From NCBI RefSeq assembly GCF_009914755.1, contig NC_060937.1: a stretch of DNA of 64,000 bases, one strand, 5' to 3'. The notes under the pieces were generated by a model. That model was not told the origin of the DNA. It saw nothing but the letters and a program-made list of their open reading frames with translations, and searched no databases. The position numbers were made by a program, and so were the translations under genes. This DNA is from the human T2T-CHM13v2.0 reference genome, Homo sapiens. Positions 45,101 to 61,800 of the stretch are shown one piece after another; within the stretch, counting starts at the first letter, position 1, and each line of letters begins with the position of its first letter.

Positions 45101-48100
45101 TATAGATTATATACTGTACATAAAATACCAAAGAACCCCAAATATATATTATATACTGTACATGAAATATCAAAGTTCACAAACTATATATTATATACTG
45201 TACATAAAATATCAAAGTACCCAAGGTATATATTCTATACTGTACAAAAAATATCAAAGTACCCAAAGCATGTATTATATACTGTTAATAAAATATGAAA
45301 GTACATCAAATATATATTTTATTCTGTACATAAAATATCAAAGTACACCAAATATATATTCTACAGTGTACATAAAACATCAAATTACCCAAACTATGCA
45401 TTATATACTGTACATAAACTATGAAACTACATCAAATATATATTATATTAGGTACATAAAATATGAAAGTACATCAAATATAAATTATATACTGTACATA
45501 AAATATCAAAGTACCTCAAATATATATTATATACTGTACATGAAATATCAAAGTTCACAAACTATATATTATATACTGTACATAAAATATCAAAGTACCC
45601 AAGGTATATATTCTATACTGTACAAAAAATATAAAAGCACCCAAAACATGTATTATATACTGTACATAAAATATGAAAGTACATCAAATATATATTTTAT
45701 TCTGTACATAAAATATCAAAGTACACCAAATATATATTCTATAGTGTACATAAAATATCAAAGTACCCAAACTATACATTATATACTGTACATAAAATAT
45801 GAAATTACATCAAATATATATTATATTAGGTACATAAAATATGAAAGTACATCAAATATAGATTATATACTGTACATAAAATATCAAGGTACGCCAAATA
45901 TATATTATATACTGTACATGAAATATCAAAGTTCACAAACTATATATTATATACTGTACATAAAATATCAAAGTACCCAAGGTATATAATCTATACTGTA
46001 CAAAAAATATCAAAGTACCCAAAGCATGTATTATATACTGTACATAAAATATGAAAGTACATCAAATAAATATTTTATTCTGTACATAAAATATCAAAGT
46101 ACACCAAATATATATTCTATAGGGTACATAAAATATCAAAGTACCCAAACTATACATTATATACTGTACATAAAATGTGAAATTACATCAAATATATACT
46201 ATATTATGTACATAAAATATGAAAGTACATCAAATATAGATTATATACTGTACATAACATACCAAAGTACCCCAAATAAATATTTTATACTGTACATGCA
46301 ATATCAAAGTTCACAAACTATATATCATATACTGTACAAAAAATATCAAAGTACCGAAGGTATATATTCTATACTGTACAAAAAATATCAAAGTACCCAA
46401 AGCATGTATTATATACTGTACATAAAATATGAAAGTACATCAAATAAATATTTTATTCTGTACAAAAAATATCAAAGTACACCAAATATATATTCTATAG
46501 TGTACATAAAATATCAAAGTACCCAAACTATACATTATATACTGTACATAAAATGTGAAATTACATCAAATATATACTATATTATGTACATAAAATATGA
46601 AAGTACATCAAATATAGATTATATAATGTATGTAAAATACCAAAGTACCCCAAATAAATATTTTATACTGTACATGGAATATCAAAGTTCACAAACTATA
46701 TATTATATACTGTACATAAAATATCAAAGTACCGAAGGTATATATTCTATACTGTACAAAAAATATCAAAGTACCCAAAGCGTGTATTATATACTGTCAT
46801 AAAATATGAAAGTACATCAAATATATATTTTATTCTGTACATAAAATATCAAAGTACACCAAATATATATTCTATAGTGTACATAAAATATGAAAGTACC
46901 CAAACTATACATTATATACTGTACATAAAATATGAAATTACATCAAATATATATTATATTAGGTACATAAAATATGAAAGTACATCAAATATAGATTATA
47001 TACTGTACATAAAATACCAAAGTACCCCAAATACATATTATATACTGTACATGAAATATCAAAGTTCACAAACTATATATTATATACTGTACATAAAATA
47101 TCAAAGTACCCAAGGTATATATTCTATACTGTACAAAAAATATCAAAGTACCCAAAGCAAGTATTATATACTGTACATAAAATATGAAAGTACATCAAAC
47201 ATATATTTTATTCTGTACATAAAATATCAAAGTACACCAAATATATATTCTATAGTGTACATAAAATATCAAAGTACCCAAAGTATACATTATATACTGT
47301 ACATAAAATATGAAATTACATCAAATATATATTACATTAGGTACATAAAATATGAAAGTACATCAAATATAGATTATATACTGTACATAAAATATCAAAG
47401 TACCCCAAATATATATTTTATACTGTACATGAAATATCAAAGTTCACAAACTATATATTATATACTGTACATAAAATATCAAAGTACCCACGGTATATAT
47501 TCTATACTGTACAAAATATATCAAAGTACCCAAAGCATGTATTATATACTGTACATAAAATATGAAAGTACATCAAATAAATAGTTTATTCTGTACATAA
47601 AATATCAAAGTACACCAAATATATATTCTATAGTGTACATAAAATGTCAAAGTACCCAAACTATACATTATAAACTGTAGATAAAATATGAAATTACATC
47701 AAATATATACTATATTATGTACATAAAATATGAAAGTACATCAAATATAGATTATATACTCTACATAAAATACCAAAGTACCCCAAATAAATATTTTATA
47801 CTGTACGTGCAATATCAAAGTTCACAAACTATATATTATATACTGTACATAAAATATCAAAGTACCGAAGGTATATATTCTATACTGTACAAAAAATATC
47901 AAAGTACGCAAAGCATGTATTATATACTGTACATAAAATATGAAAGTACATCAAATATATATTTTATTCTGTACATAAAATATCAAAGTACACCAAATAT
48001 ATATTCTGTAGTGTACATAAAATATCAAAGTACCCAAACTATACATTATATACTGTACATAAAATATGAAATTACATCAAATATATATTAAAATAGGTAC

Positions 48101-51100
48101 ATAAAATATGAAAGTACATCAAATATAAATTATATACTGTACATAAAATACCAAAGAACCCCAAATATATATTATATACTGTAAATGAAATATCAGAGTT
48201 CACAAACTATATATTATATACTGTATATAAAATATCAAAGTACCCAAGGTATATATTCTGTACTGTATAAAAAATATCAAAGTACCCAAATCATGTATTA
48301 TATACTGTTCATAAAATATGAAAGTACATCAAATATGTATTTTATTCTGTACATAAAATATCAAAGTACACCAAATATATATTCTATAGTGTACATAAAA
48401 TATCAAAGTACCCAAACTATACATTATATACTGTACATAAAATATGAAATTACATCAAATATATATTATATTAGGTACATAAAATATGAAAGTACATCAA
48501 ATATAGATTATATACTGTACATAAAATACCAAAGAACCCCAAATATATATTATATACTGTACATGAAATATCAAAGTTCACAAACTATATATTATATACT
48601 GTACATAAAATATCAAAGTACCGAAAATATATATTCTATACTGTACAAAAAATATCAAAGTACCCAAAGCATGTATTATATACTGTACATAAAATATGAA
48701 AGTACATCAAATATATATTTTATTCTGTACATAAAATATCAAAGTACACCAAATATATATTCTATAGTGTACATAAAATATCAAAGTACCCAAACTATAC
48801 ATTACATACTGTACATAAAATATGAAATTACATCAAATATATATTATATTAGGTACATAAAATATGAAAGTACATCAAATATAAATTATATACAGTACAT
48901 AAAATACCAAAGAACCCCAAATATATATTATGTACTCTACATGAAATATCAAAGTTCACAAACTATATATTATATACTGTACATAAAACATCAAAGTACC
49001 CAAGGTATATATTCTATACTCTACAAAAAATATCAAAGTACCCAAAGCATGTATTATATACTGTACATAAAATATGAAAGTACATCAAATATACATTTAA
49101 TTCTGTACATAAAATATCAAAGTACACCAAATATATATTCTTTAGAGTACATAAAATATCAAAGTACCCAAACTATACATTATATACTGTACATAAAATA
49201 TGAAATTACATCAAATATATATTACATTAGGTACATAAAATATGAAAGTACATCAAATGTAGATTATATACGGTACATAAAATACCAAAGTACACCAAAT
49301 ATATGTTATATACTGTACATGCAATATCAAATTTCACAAACTATATATTATATACTGTACATAAAATATCAAAGTACCCAATGTATATATTCTATACTGT
49401 ACAAAAAATATCAAAGTACCCAAAGCATGTATTATATACTGTACATAAAATATGAAAGTACATCAAATATATATTTTATTCTGTACATAAAATATCAAAG
49501 TACACTAAATATATATTCTATAGTGTACATAAAATATCAAAGTACCCAAACTATACATTATATACTGTACATAAAATATGAAATTACATCAAATATATAT
49601 TATATTAGGTACATAAAATATGAAAGTACATCAAATATAGATTATATACTGTACATAAAATACCAAAGTACCCCAAATACATATTATATACTGTGCATGA
49701 AATATCAAAGTTCACAAACGATATATTATATACTGTACATAAAATATCAAAGTACCGAAGGTATATATTCTATACTGTACAAAAAATATCAAAGTACCCA
49801 AAGCATGTATTATATACTCTTCATAAAATATGAAAGTACATCAAATATATATTTTATTCTGTACATAAAATATCAAAGTACACCAAATATATATTCTACA
49901 GTGTACATCAAATATCAAACTACCCAAACTATACATTATATACTGTACATAAAATATGAAATTACATCAAATATATATTATATACTGTACATAAAATATG
50001 AAATTACATCAAATATATATTATATACTGTACATAAAATACCAAAGTACCCCAAATACATATTATATACTGTACATGCAATATCCAAGTGCACAAACTAT
50101 ATATTATATACTGCACATAAAATATCAAAGTAACGAAGCTATATATTCTATACTGTACAAAAAATATCAAAGTACCCAAAGCATGTATTATATACTGTAC
50201 ATAAAATATTAAAGTACATCAAATATATATTTTATTCTGTACATAAAATATCAAAGTACACCAAATATATATTCTATACTGTACATAAACTATCAAAGTA
50301 CCCAAACTATACATTATATACTGTACATAAAATATGAAATTACATCAAATATATATTATATTAGGTACATAAAATATGAAAGTACATCAAATATAGATTA
50401 TATACTGTACATAAAATACCAAAGTACCCCAAATACATATTATATACTGTACAAGAAATATCCAAGTTCATAAACTATATATTATATACTGTACATAAAA
50501 TATCAAAGTACCCAAGGTATATATTCTATACTGTACAAAAATATCAAAGTACCCAAAGCATGTATTATATACTGTACATAAAATATGAAAGTACATCAAA
50601 TATATATTTTATTCTGTACATAAAATATCAAGGTACACCAAATATATATTCTATAGTGTACATAAATTATCAAAGTACCCAAACTATACATTATATCCTG
50701 TACATAAAATATGAAATTACATCAAATATATATTATATTAGGTACATAAAATATGAAAGAACATCAAATATAAATTATATACTGTACATAAAATACCAAA
50801 GAACCCCAAATATATATAGTATACTGTACATGAAATATCAAAGTTCACAAACTATATATTATATACTGTATACAAAATATCAAAGTACCCAAGGTTTATA
50901 TTCTATACTGTACAAAAATTATCAAAGTACCCAAAGCATGTATTATATACTCTTCTTAAAATATGAAAGTACATCAAATATATATTTTATTCTGTACATA
51001 AAATATCAAAGTACACCAAATATATATTCTATAGTGTACATAAAATATCAAAGTACCCAAACTATACATTATATACTGTACATAAAATATGAAATTACAT

Positions 51101-51399
51101 CAAATATATATTATATTAGGAACATAAAATATGAAAGTACATGAAATATATATTATATACTGTACATAAAATACCAAAGTACCCCAAATACATATTATAT
51201 ACTGTACATGAAATATCAAAGTTCACAAACTATCCATTATATACTGTACATAAAATATCAAGGTACCAAAAGTATATATTCTATTCTGTACAACAAATAT
51301 CAAAGTACCCAAAGCATGTATTATATACTGTACATAAAATATGAAAGTACATCAAATATATATTTTATTCTGTACATAAAATATCAAAGTACACCAAAT

Positions 51400-54300
51400 A
51401 TATATTCTATAGTGTACATAAAATATCAAATTACCCAAACTATACATTATATACTGTCCTTAAAATATGAAATTAAATCAAATATATATTATATTAGGTA
51501 CATAAAATATGAAAGTACATCAAATATTAATTATATACTGTACATAAAATACCAAAGTACCCCAAATATATATTATATACTGTACATGAAATATAAAAGT
51601 TCACAAACTATATATTATATACTGTACATAAAATATCAAAGTACCCAAGGTGTATATTCTATACTCTACAAAAAATATCAAAGTACCCAAAGCATGTATT
51701 ATATACTGTACATAAAATATGAATGTACATCAAATATATATTTAATTCTGTACATAAAATATCAAAGTACACCAAATATTTATTCTATAGTGTACATAAA
51801 ATATCAAACTACCCAAACTATACATTATATACTGTACATAAAATATGAAATTACATCAAATATATATTATATTATGTACATAAAATATGAAAGTACATCA
51901 AATATAGATTATATACTGTACATAAAATACCAAAGTACACCAAATATATATTTTATACTGTACATGCAATATCAAAGTTCACAAACTATATATTATATAC
52001 TGTACATAAAATATCAAAGTACCCAAGGTATATATTCTATACTGTGCAAAAAATATCAAAGTACCCAAAGCATGTATTATATAGTGTACATAAAATATGA
52101 AAGTACATCAAATATATATTTTATTCTGTACATAAAATATGAAAGTACACTAAATATATATTCTATAGTGTACATAAAATATCAAAGTACCCAAACTATA
52201 CATTATATACTGTACATAAAATATGAAATTACATCAAATATATATTATATTAGGTACATAAAATATGAAAGCACATCAAATATAGATTATATACTGTACA
52301 TAAAATACCAAAGTACCCCAAATACATATTATATACTGTACATGAAATATCAAAGTTCACAAACTATATATTATATACTGTACATAAAATATCAAAGTAC
52401 CCAAGGTATATATTCTATAATGTACATAAAATATCAAAGTACCCAAACTATACATTATATACATTACATAAAATATGAAATTAAATCAAATATATATTAT
52501 ATTATGTACATAAAATATGAAAGTACATCAAATATTAATTAAATACTGTACATAAAATACCAAAGAACCCCAAATATATATTATATACTGTACATGAAAT
52601 ATCAATGTTCACAAACTATATATTATATACTGTACATAAAATATCAAAGTACTGAAGGTATATATTCTATACTCTACAAAAAATATCAAAGTACCCAAAG
52701 CATGTATTATATACTGTTCATAAAATATGAAAGTACATCAAATATATATTTAGTTCTGTACATAAAATATCAAAGTACACCAAATATATATTCTATAGTG
52801 TACATAAAATATCAATGTAGCCAAACTATACATTATATACTGTACATAAAATATGAAATTACATCAAATATATATTATATTATGTACATAAAATATGAAA
52901 CTACATCAAATATAGATTATATAATGTACATAAAATACCAAAGTACACCAAATATATATTTTATACTGTACATGCAATATCAAAGTTCACAAACTATATA
53001 TTATATACTGTACATAAAATATCAAAGTACCCAAAGTATATATTCTATACTGTGCAAAAAATATCAAAGTACCCAAAGCAAGTATTATATACTGTACATA
53101 AAATATGAAAGTACATCAAATATATATTTTATACTGTACATAAAATATCAAAGTACACCAAATATATATTCTATAGTGTACATAAAATATCAAAGTACCC
53201 AAACTATACATTATATACTGTCCTTAAAATATGAAATTAAATCAAATATATATTATATTAGGTACATAAAATATGAAAGTACATCAAATATTAATTATAT
53301 ACTGTACATAAAATACCAAAGTACCCCAAATATGTATTATATACTGTACATGAAATATAAAAGTTCACAAACTATATATTATATACTGTACATAAAATAT
53401 CAAAGTACCCAAGGTATATATTCTATACTGTACAAAAAATATCAAAGTACCCAAAGCAAGTATTATATACTGTACATAAAATATGAAAGTACATCAAATA
53501 TATATTTTATTCTGTACATAAAATATCAAAGTACACCAAATATATATTCTATAGTGTACATAAAATATCAAAGTACCCAAACTATACATTATATACTGTA
53601 CATAAAATATGAAATTACATCAAATATATATTATATTAGGTACATAAAATATGAAAGTACATCAAATATTAATTATATACAGTACATAAAATACCAAAGT
53701 ACCCCAAATATATATTATATACTGTACATGAAATATCAAAGTTCACAAACTATATATTATATACTGTACATAAAATATCAAAGTACCCAAGGTGTATATT
53801 CTATACTCTACAAAAAATATCAAAGTACCCAAAGCATGTATTATATACGGTACATAAAATATGAATGTACATCAAATATATATTTAATTCTGTACATAAA
53901 ATATCAAAGTACACGAAATATTTATTCTATAGTGTACATAAAATATCAAACTACCCAAACTATACATTATATACTGTACATAAAATATGAATTTACATCA
54001 AATATATATTATATTATGTACATAAAATATGAAAGTACATCAAATATAGATTATATACTGTACATAAAATACCAAAGTACACCAAATATATATTTTATAC
54101 TGTACATGCAATATCAAAGTTCACAAACTATATATTATATACTGTACATAAAATATCAAAGTACCCAAGGTATATATTCTATACTGTGCAAAAAATATCA
54201 AAGTACCCAAAGCATGTATTATATAGTGTACATAAAATATGAAAGTACATCAAATATATATTTTATTCTGTACATAAAATATCAAAGTACACTAAATATA

Positions 54301-55060
54301 TATTCTATAGTGTACATAAAATATCAAAGTACCCAAACTATACATTATATACTGTACATAAAATATGAAATTACATCAAATATATATTATATTAGGTACA
54401 TAAAATATGAAAGTACATCAAATATAGATTATATACTGTACATAAAATACCAAAGTACCCCAAATACATATTATATACTGTACATGAAATATCAAAGTTC
54501 ACAAACTATATATTATATACTGTACATAAAATATCAAAGTACCCAAGGTATATATTCTATAATGTACATAAAATATCAAAGTACCCAAACTATACATTAT
54601 ATACATTACATAAAATATGAAATTAAATCAAATATATATTATATTAGGTACATAAAATATGAAAGTACATCAAATATTAATTATATACTGTACATAAAAT
54701 ACCAAAGAACCCCAAATATATATTATATACTGTACATGAAATATCAATGTTCACAAACTATATATTATATACTGTACATAAAATATCAAAGTACTGAAGG
54801 TATATATTCTATACTCTACAAAAAATATCAAAGTACCCAAAGCATGTATTATATACTGTTCATAAAATATGAAAGTACATCAAATATATATTTAATTCTG
54901 TACATAAAATATCAAAGTACACCAAATATATATTCTATAGTGTACATAAAATATCAATGTAGCCAAACTATACATTATATACTGTACATAAAATATGAAA
55001 TTACATCAAATATATATTATATTATGTACATAAAATATGAAACTACATCAAATATAGATT
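51400..55060 (+). repeat. Tandem duplication within the 9-mer domain (offsets 1764/2142 bp) containing a 252-bp 6-mer deletion unit
   Basis: CTGTCCTTAAAA at about 51455 and 53218; GGTGTAT at about 51650 and 53791; ATACATTACAT at about 52460 and 54601; CAATGTTC at about 52603 and 54746; 6-mer units 52342-52593 and 54484-54735. Confidence 0.85.
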
Positions 55061-55899
55061 ATATACTGTACATAAAATATCAAAGTACCCCAAATACATA
55101 TTATGTACTGTACATGAAATATCAAAGTTCACAAACTATATATTATATACTGTACATAAAATATCAAACTACCCAAGGTATATATTCTATACTGTACAAA
55201 AAATATCAAAGTACCCAAAGCATGTATTATATACTGTACATAAAATATGAAAGTACATCAAATAAATATTTTATTCTGTACATAAAATATCAAAGTACAC
55301 CAAATATATATTCTACAGTGTACATAAAATATCAAAGTACCCAAACTATACATTATAAACTGTACATAAAATATGAAATTACATCAAATATATACTATAT
55401 TATGTATATAAAATAAGAAAGTACATCAAATATAGATTATATACTGTACATAAAATACCAAAGTACCCCAAATAAATATTTTATACTGTACATGCAATAT
55501 CAAAGTTCACAAACTATATATTATATACTGTACATAAAATATCAAAGTACCGAAGGTATATATTCTATACTGTACAAAAAATATGAAAGTACCCAAAGCA
55601 TGTATTATATACTGTACATAAAATATGAAAGTACATCAAATATATATTTTATTCTGTACATAAAATATCAAAGTACACCAAATATATATTCTATAGTGTA
55701 CATAAAATATCAAAGTACCCAAACTATACATTATATACTGTACATAAAATATGAAATTACATCAAATATATATTATATTAGGTACATAAAATATGAAAGT
55801 ACATCAAATATAAATTATATACAGTACATAAAATACCAAAGTACCCCAAATATATATTATATACTGTACATGCAATATCAAAGTTCACAAACTATATAT

Positions 55900-58800
55900 C
55901 ATATACTGTACATAAAATATCAAAGTACCCAAGGTATATATTCTATACTGTACAAAAAATATCAAAGTACGCAAAGCATGTATTATATACTGTACATAAA
56001 ATATGAAAGTACATCAAATATATATTTTATTCTGTACATAAAATATCAAAGTACACCAAATATATATTCTATAGTGTACATAAAATATCAAATTACCCAA
56101 ACTATACACTATATACTGTACATAAAATATGAAATTACATCAAATATATATTATATTAGGTACATAAAATATGAAAGTACATCAAATATAGATTATATAC
56201 TGTACATAAAATATCAAAGTACCCCAAATATATATTATATACTGTACATGAAATATCAAAGTTCACAAACTATATATTATATACTGTACATAAAATATCA
56301 AAGTACCCAAGGTATATATTCTATACTGTACAAAAAATATCAAAGTACCCAAAGCATGTATTATATACTGTACATAAAATATGAAAGTACATCAAATAAA
56401 TATTTTATTCTGTACATAAAATATCAAAGTACACCAAATATATATTCTATAGTGTACATAAAATATCAAAGTACCCAAACTATGCATTATAAACTGTACA
56501 TAAAATATGAAATTACATCAAATATATATTATATTATGTACATAAAATATGAAAGTACATCAAATATAGATTATATACTGTACATGAAATACCAAAGTAC
56601 CCCAAATAAATATTTTATACTGTACATGCAATATCAAAGTTCACAAACTATATATTATATACTGTACATAAAATATCAAAGTACCCAAGGTATATATTCT
56701 ATACTGTACAAAAAATATCAAAGTACCCAAAGCATGTATTATATACTGTACATAAAATAAGAAAGTACATCAAATATATATTTTATTCTGTACATAAAAT
56801 ATCAAAGTACACCAAATATATATTCTATAGTGTACATAAAATAACAAAGTACCCAAACTATACATTATATACTGTACATAAAATATGAAATTACATCAAA
56901 TATATATTATATTAGGTACATAAAATATGAAAGTAGATCAAATATAAATTATATACAGTACATAAAATACCAAAGTAACCCAAATATATATTATATACTG
57001 TACATGCAATATCAAAGTTCACAAACTATATATCATATACTGTACATAAAATATCAAAGTACCGAAGGTATATATTCTATACTGTACAAAAAATATCAAA
57101 GTACGCAAAGCATGTATTATATACTGTACATAAAATATGAAAGTACATCAAATATATATTTTATTCTGTACATAAAATATCAAAGTACACCAAATATATA
57201 TTCTATAGTGTACATAAAATATCAAAGTACCCAAACTATACATTATATACTGTACATAAAATATGAAACTACATCAAATATATATTATAATAGGTACATA
57301 AAATATGAAAGTACATCAAATATTAATTATATACTGTACATAAAATACCAAAGAACACCAAATATATATTATATACTGTACATGAAATATCAAAGTTCAC
57401 AAACTATATATTATATACTGTATATAAAATATCAAAGTACCCAAGGTATATATTCTGTACTGTATAAAAAATATCAAAGTACCCAAAGCATGTATTATAT
57501 ACTGTTCATAAAATATGAAAGTTCATCAAATATATATTTTATTCTGTACATAAAATATCAAAGTACACCAAATATATATTCTATAGTGTACATAAAATAT
57601 CAAAGTACCCAAACCATACATTATATACTGTACATAAAATATGAAATTACATCAAATATATATTATATTAGGTACATAAAATATGAAAGTACATCAAATA
57701 TAGATTATATAGTGTACATAAAATACCAAAGTACCCAAATATATATTATATACTGTACATGAAATATCAAAGTTCACAAACTATATATTATATACTGTAC
57801 ATAAAATATCAAGGTACCCAAGGTATATATTCTATACTCTACAAAAAATGTCAAAGTACCCAAAGCATGTATTATATACGGTACATAAAATATGAAAGTA
57901 CATCAAATATATATTTAATTCTGTACATAAAATATCAAAGAACACCAAATATATATTCTATATTGTACAAAAAATATCAAAGTACCCAAAGCATGTATTA
58001 TATACTGTACATAAAATATGAAATTACATCAAATATATATTTTATTCTGTACATAAAATATCAAAGTACACCAAATATATATTCTATAGTGTACATAAAA
58101 TATCAAAGTACCCAAACTATACATAATAATCTGTACATAAAATATGAAATTACATCAAATATATACTATATTATGTACATAAAATATGAAAGTACATCAA
58201 ATATAGATTATATGCTGTACATAAAATACCAAAGTACCCCAAATACATATTTTATACTGTACATGCAATATCAAAGTTCACAAACTATATATTATATACT
58301 GTACATAAAATATCAAAGTACCAAAAGTATATATTCTATACTGTACAAAAAATATCAAAGTACCCAAAGCAAGTAGTATATACTGTACATAAAATATGAA
58401 AGTACATCAAATATATATTTTATTCTGTACATAAAATATCAAATTACACCAAATATATATTCTATAGTGTACATTAAATATCAAACTACCCAAACTATAC
58501 ATTATATACTGTACATAAAATATGAAATTACATCAAATATATATTATATTAGGTACATAAAATATGAAAGAACATCAAATATATATTATATACTGTACAT
58601 AAAATACCAAAGTACCCCAAATATACATTATATACTGTACATGAAATATCAAAGTTCACAAACTATATATTATATACTGTACATAAAATATCAAAGTACC
58701 AAAGGTATATATTCTATACTCTACAAAAAATATCAAAGTACCCAAAGCATGTATTATATACTGTACATAAAATATGAAAGTACATCAAATATATATTTTA

Positions 58801-61800
58801 TTCTGTACATAAAATATCAAAGTACACCAAATATATATTCTATAGTGTACATAAAATATCAAAGTACCCAAACTGTACACTACATACTGTACATAAAATA
58901 TGAAATTACATCAAATATATATTATATTAGGTACATAAAATATGAAAGTACATCAAATATATATTATATACTGTACATAAAATACCAAAGTACCCCAAAT
59001 ACATACTATATACTGTACATGAAATATCAAAGTTCACAAACTATATATTATATACTGTACATAAAATATCAAAGTATCAAAGGTGTATATTCTATACTGT
59101 ACAAAAAATATCAAAGTACCCAAAGCATGTATTATATACTGTACATAAAATATGAAAGTACATCAAATATATATTTTATTCTGTACATAAAATATCAAAG
59201 TACACCAAATATATATTCTACAGTTTACATAAAATATCAAAGTACCCAAACTATACATTATATACTGTACATAAAACATGAAATTACATCAAATATATAT
59301 TATATTAGGTACATAAAATATGAAAGTACATCAAATATAAATTATATACTGTACATAAAATACCAAAGTACCCCAAATATATATTATATACTGTACATGC
59401 AATATCAAAGTTCACAAACTATATATTATATACTGTACATAAAATATCAAAGTACCGAAGGTATATATTCTATACTCTACAAAAAATGTCAAAGTACGCA
59501 AAGCATGTATTATATACTGTACATAAAATATGAATGTACATCAAATATATATTTTATTCTGTACATAAAATATCAAAATACACCAAATATATATTCTATA
59601 GTGTACATAAAATATCAAAGTACCCAAACTATACATAATAATCTGTACATAAAATATGAAATTACATCAAATATATACTATATTATGTACATAAAATATG
59701 AAAGTACATCAAATATAGATTATATACTGTACATAAAATACCAAAGTACCCCAAATACATATTTTATACTGTACATGCAATATCAAAGTTCACAAACTAT
59801 ATATTATATACTGTACATAAAATATCAAAGTACCGAAAGTATATATTCTATACTGTACAAAAAATATCAAAGTACCCAAAGCATGTATTATATTCTGTAC
59901 ATAAAATATGAAAGTACATCAAATATATATTTTATTCTGTACATAAAATATCAAAGTACACCAAATATATATTCTATAGTGTACATAAAATATCAAAGTA
60001 CCCAAACTGTACACTACATACTGTACATAAAATATGAAATTACATCAAATATATATTATATTAGGTACATAAAATATGAAAGTACATCAAATATAGATTA
60101 TATACTGTACATAAAATACCAAAGTACCCCAAATACATATTATATACTGTACATGAAATATCAAAGTTCACAAACTATATATTATATACTGTACATAAAA
60201 TATCAAAGTACCGAAGGTATATATTCTATACTGTACAAAAAATATCAAAGTACCCAAAGCAAGTATTATATACTGTACATAAAATATGAAAGTACATCAA
60301 ATATATATTTTATTCTGTACATAAAATATCAAAGTACACCAAATATATATTCTATAGTGTACATAAAATATCAAAGTACCCAAACTGTACACTACATACT
60401 GTACATAAAATATGAAATTACATCAAATATATATTATATTAGGTACATAAAATATGAAAGTACATCAAATATACATTATATACTGTACATAAAATACCAA
60501 AGTACCCCAAATATATATTATATACTGTACATGAAATATCAAATTTCACAAACTATATATTATATACTGTACATAAAATATCAAAGTACCGAAGCTATAT
60601 ATTCTATACTGTAAAAAAATATCAAAGTACCCAAAGCATGTATTATATACTGTACATAAAATATGAAAGTACATCAAATATATATTTTATTCTGTACATA
60701 AAATATCAAAGTACACCAAATATATATTCTATAGTGTACATAAAATATCAAAGTACCCAAACTATACATTATATACTGTACATAAAATATGAAATTACAT
60801 CAAATATATATTATATTAGGTACATAAAATATGAAAGTACATCAAATATAGATTATATACTGTACATAAAATACCAAAGTACCCCAAATACATATTATAT
60901 ACTGTACATGCAATATCAAAGTTCACAAACTATATATTATATACTGTACATAAAATATCAAAGTACCCAAGGTATATATTCTATACTGTACAAAAAATAT
61001 CAAAGTACCCAAAGCATGTATTATATACTGTACATAAAATATGAAAGTACATAAAATATATATTTTATTCTGTACATAAAATGTAAAAGTACACCAAATA
61101 TATATTCTATAGTGTACATAAAATATCAAAGTACCCAAACTATACATTATATACTGTACATAAAATATGAAATTACATCAAATATATATTATATTAGGTA
61201 CATAAAATATGAAAGTACATCAAATATAAATTATATACTGTATATAAAATACCAAAGAATCCCAAATATATATTATATACTGTACATGAAATATCAAAGT
61301 TCACAAACTATATATTATATACTGTATATAAAATATCAAAGTACCCAAGGTATATATTCTATACTGTACAAAAAATATCAAAGTACCCAAAGCATGTATT
61401 ATATACTGTTCATAAAATATGAAAGTACATCAAATATATATTTTATTCTGTACATAAAATATCAAAGTACACCAAATATATATTCTATAGTGTACATAAA
61501 ATATCAAAGTACCCAAACTATACATTATATACTGTACATAAAATATGAAATTACATCAAATATATATTATATTAGGAAAATAAAATATGAAAGTATATGA
61601 AATATATATTATATACTGTACATAAAATACCAAAGTACCCCAAATACATATTATATACTGTACATGAAATATCAAAGTTCACAAACTATATATTATATAC
61701 TGTACATAAAATATCAAAGTACCCATGGTACATATTCTATACTGTACAAAAAATATCAAAGTACCCAAAGCAAGTATTATGTACTGTACATAAAATATGA

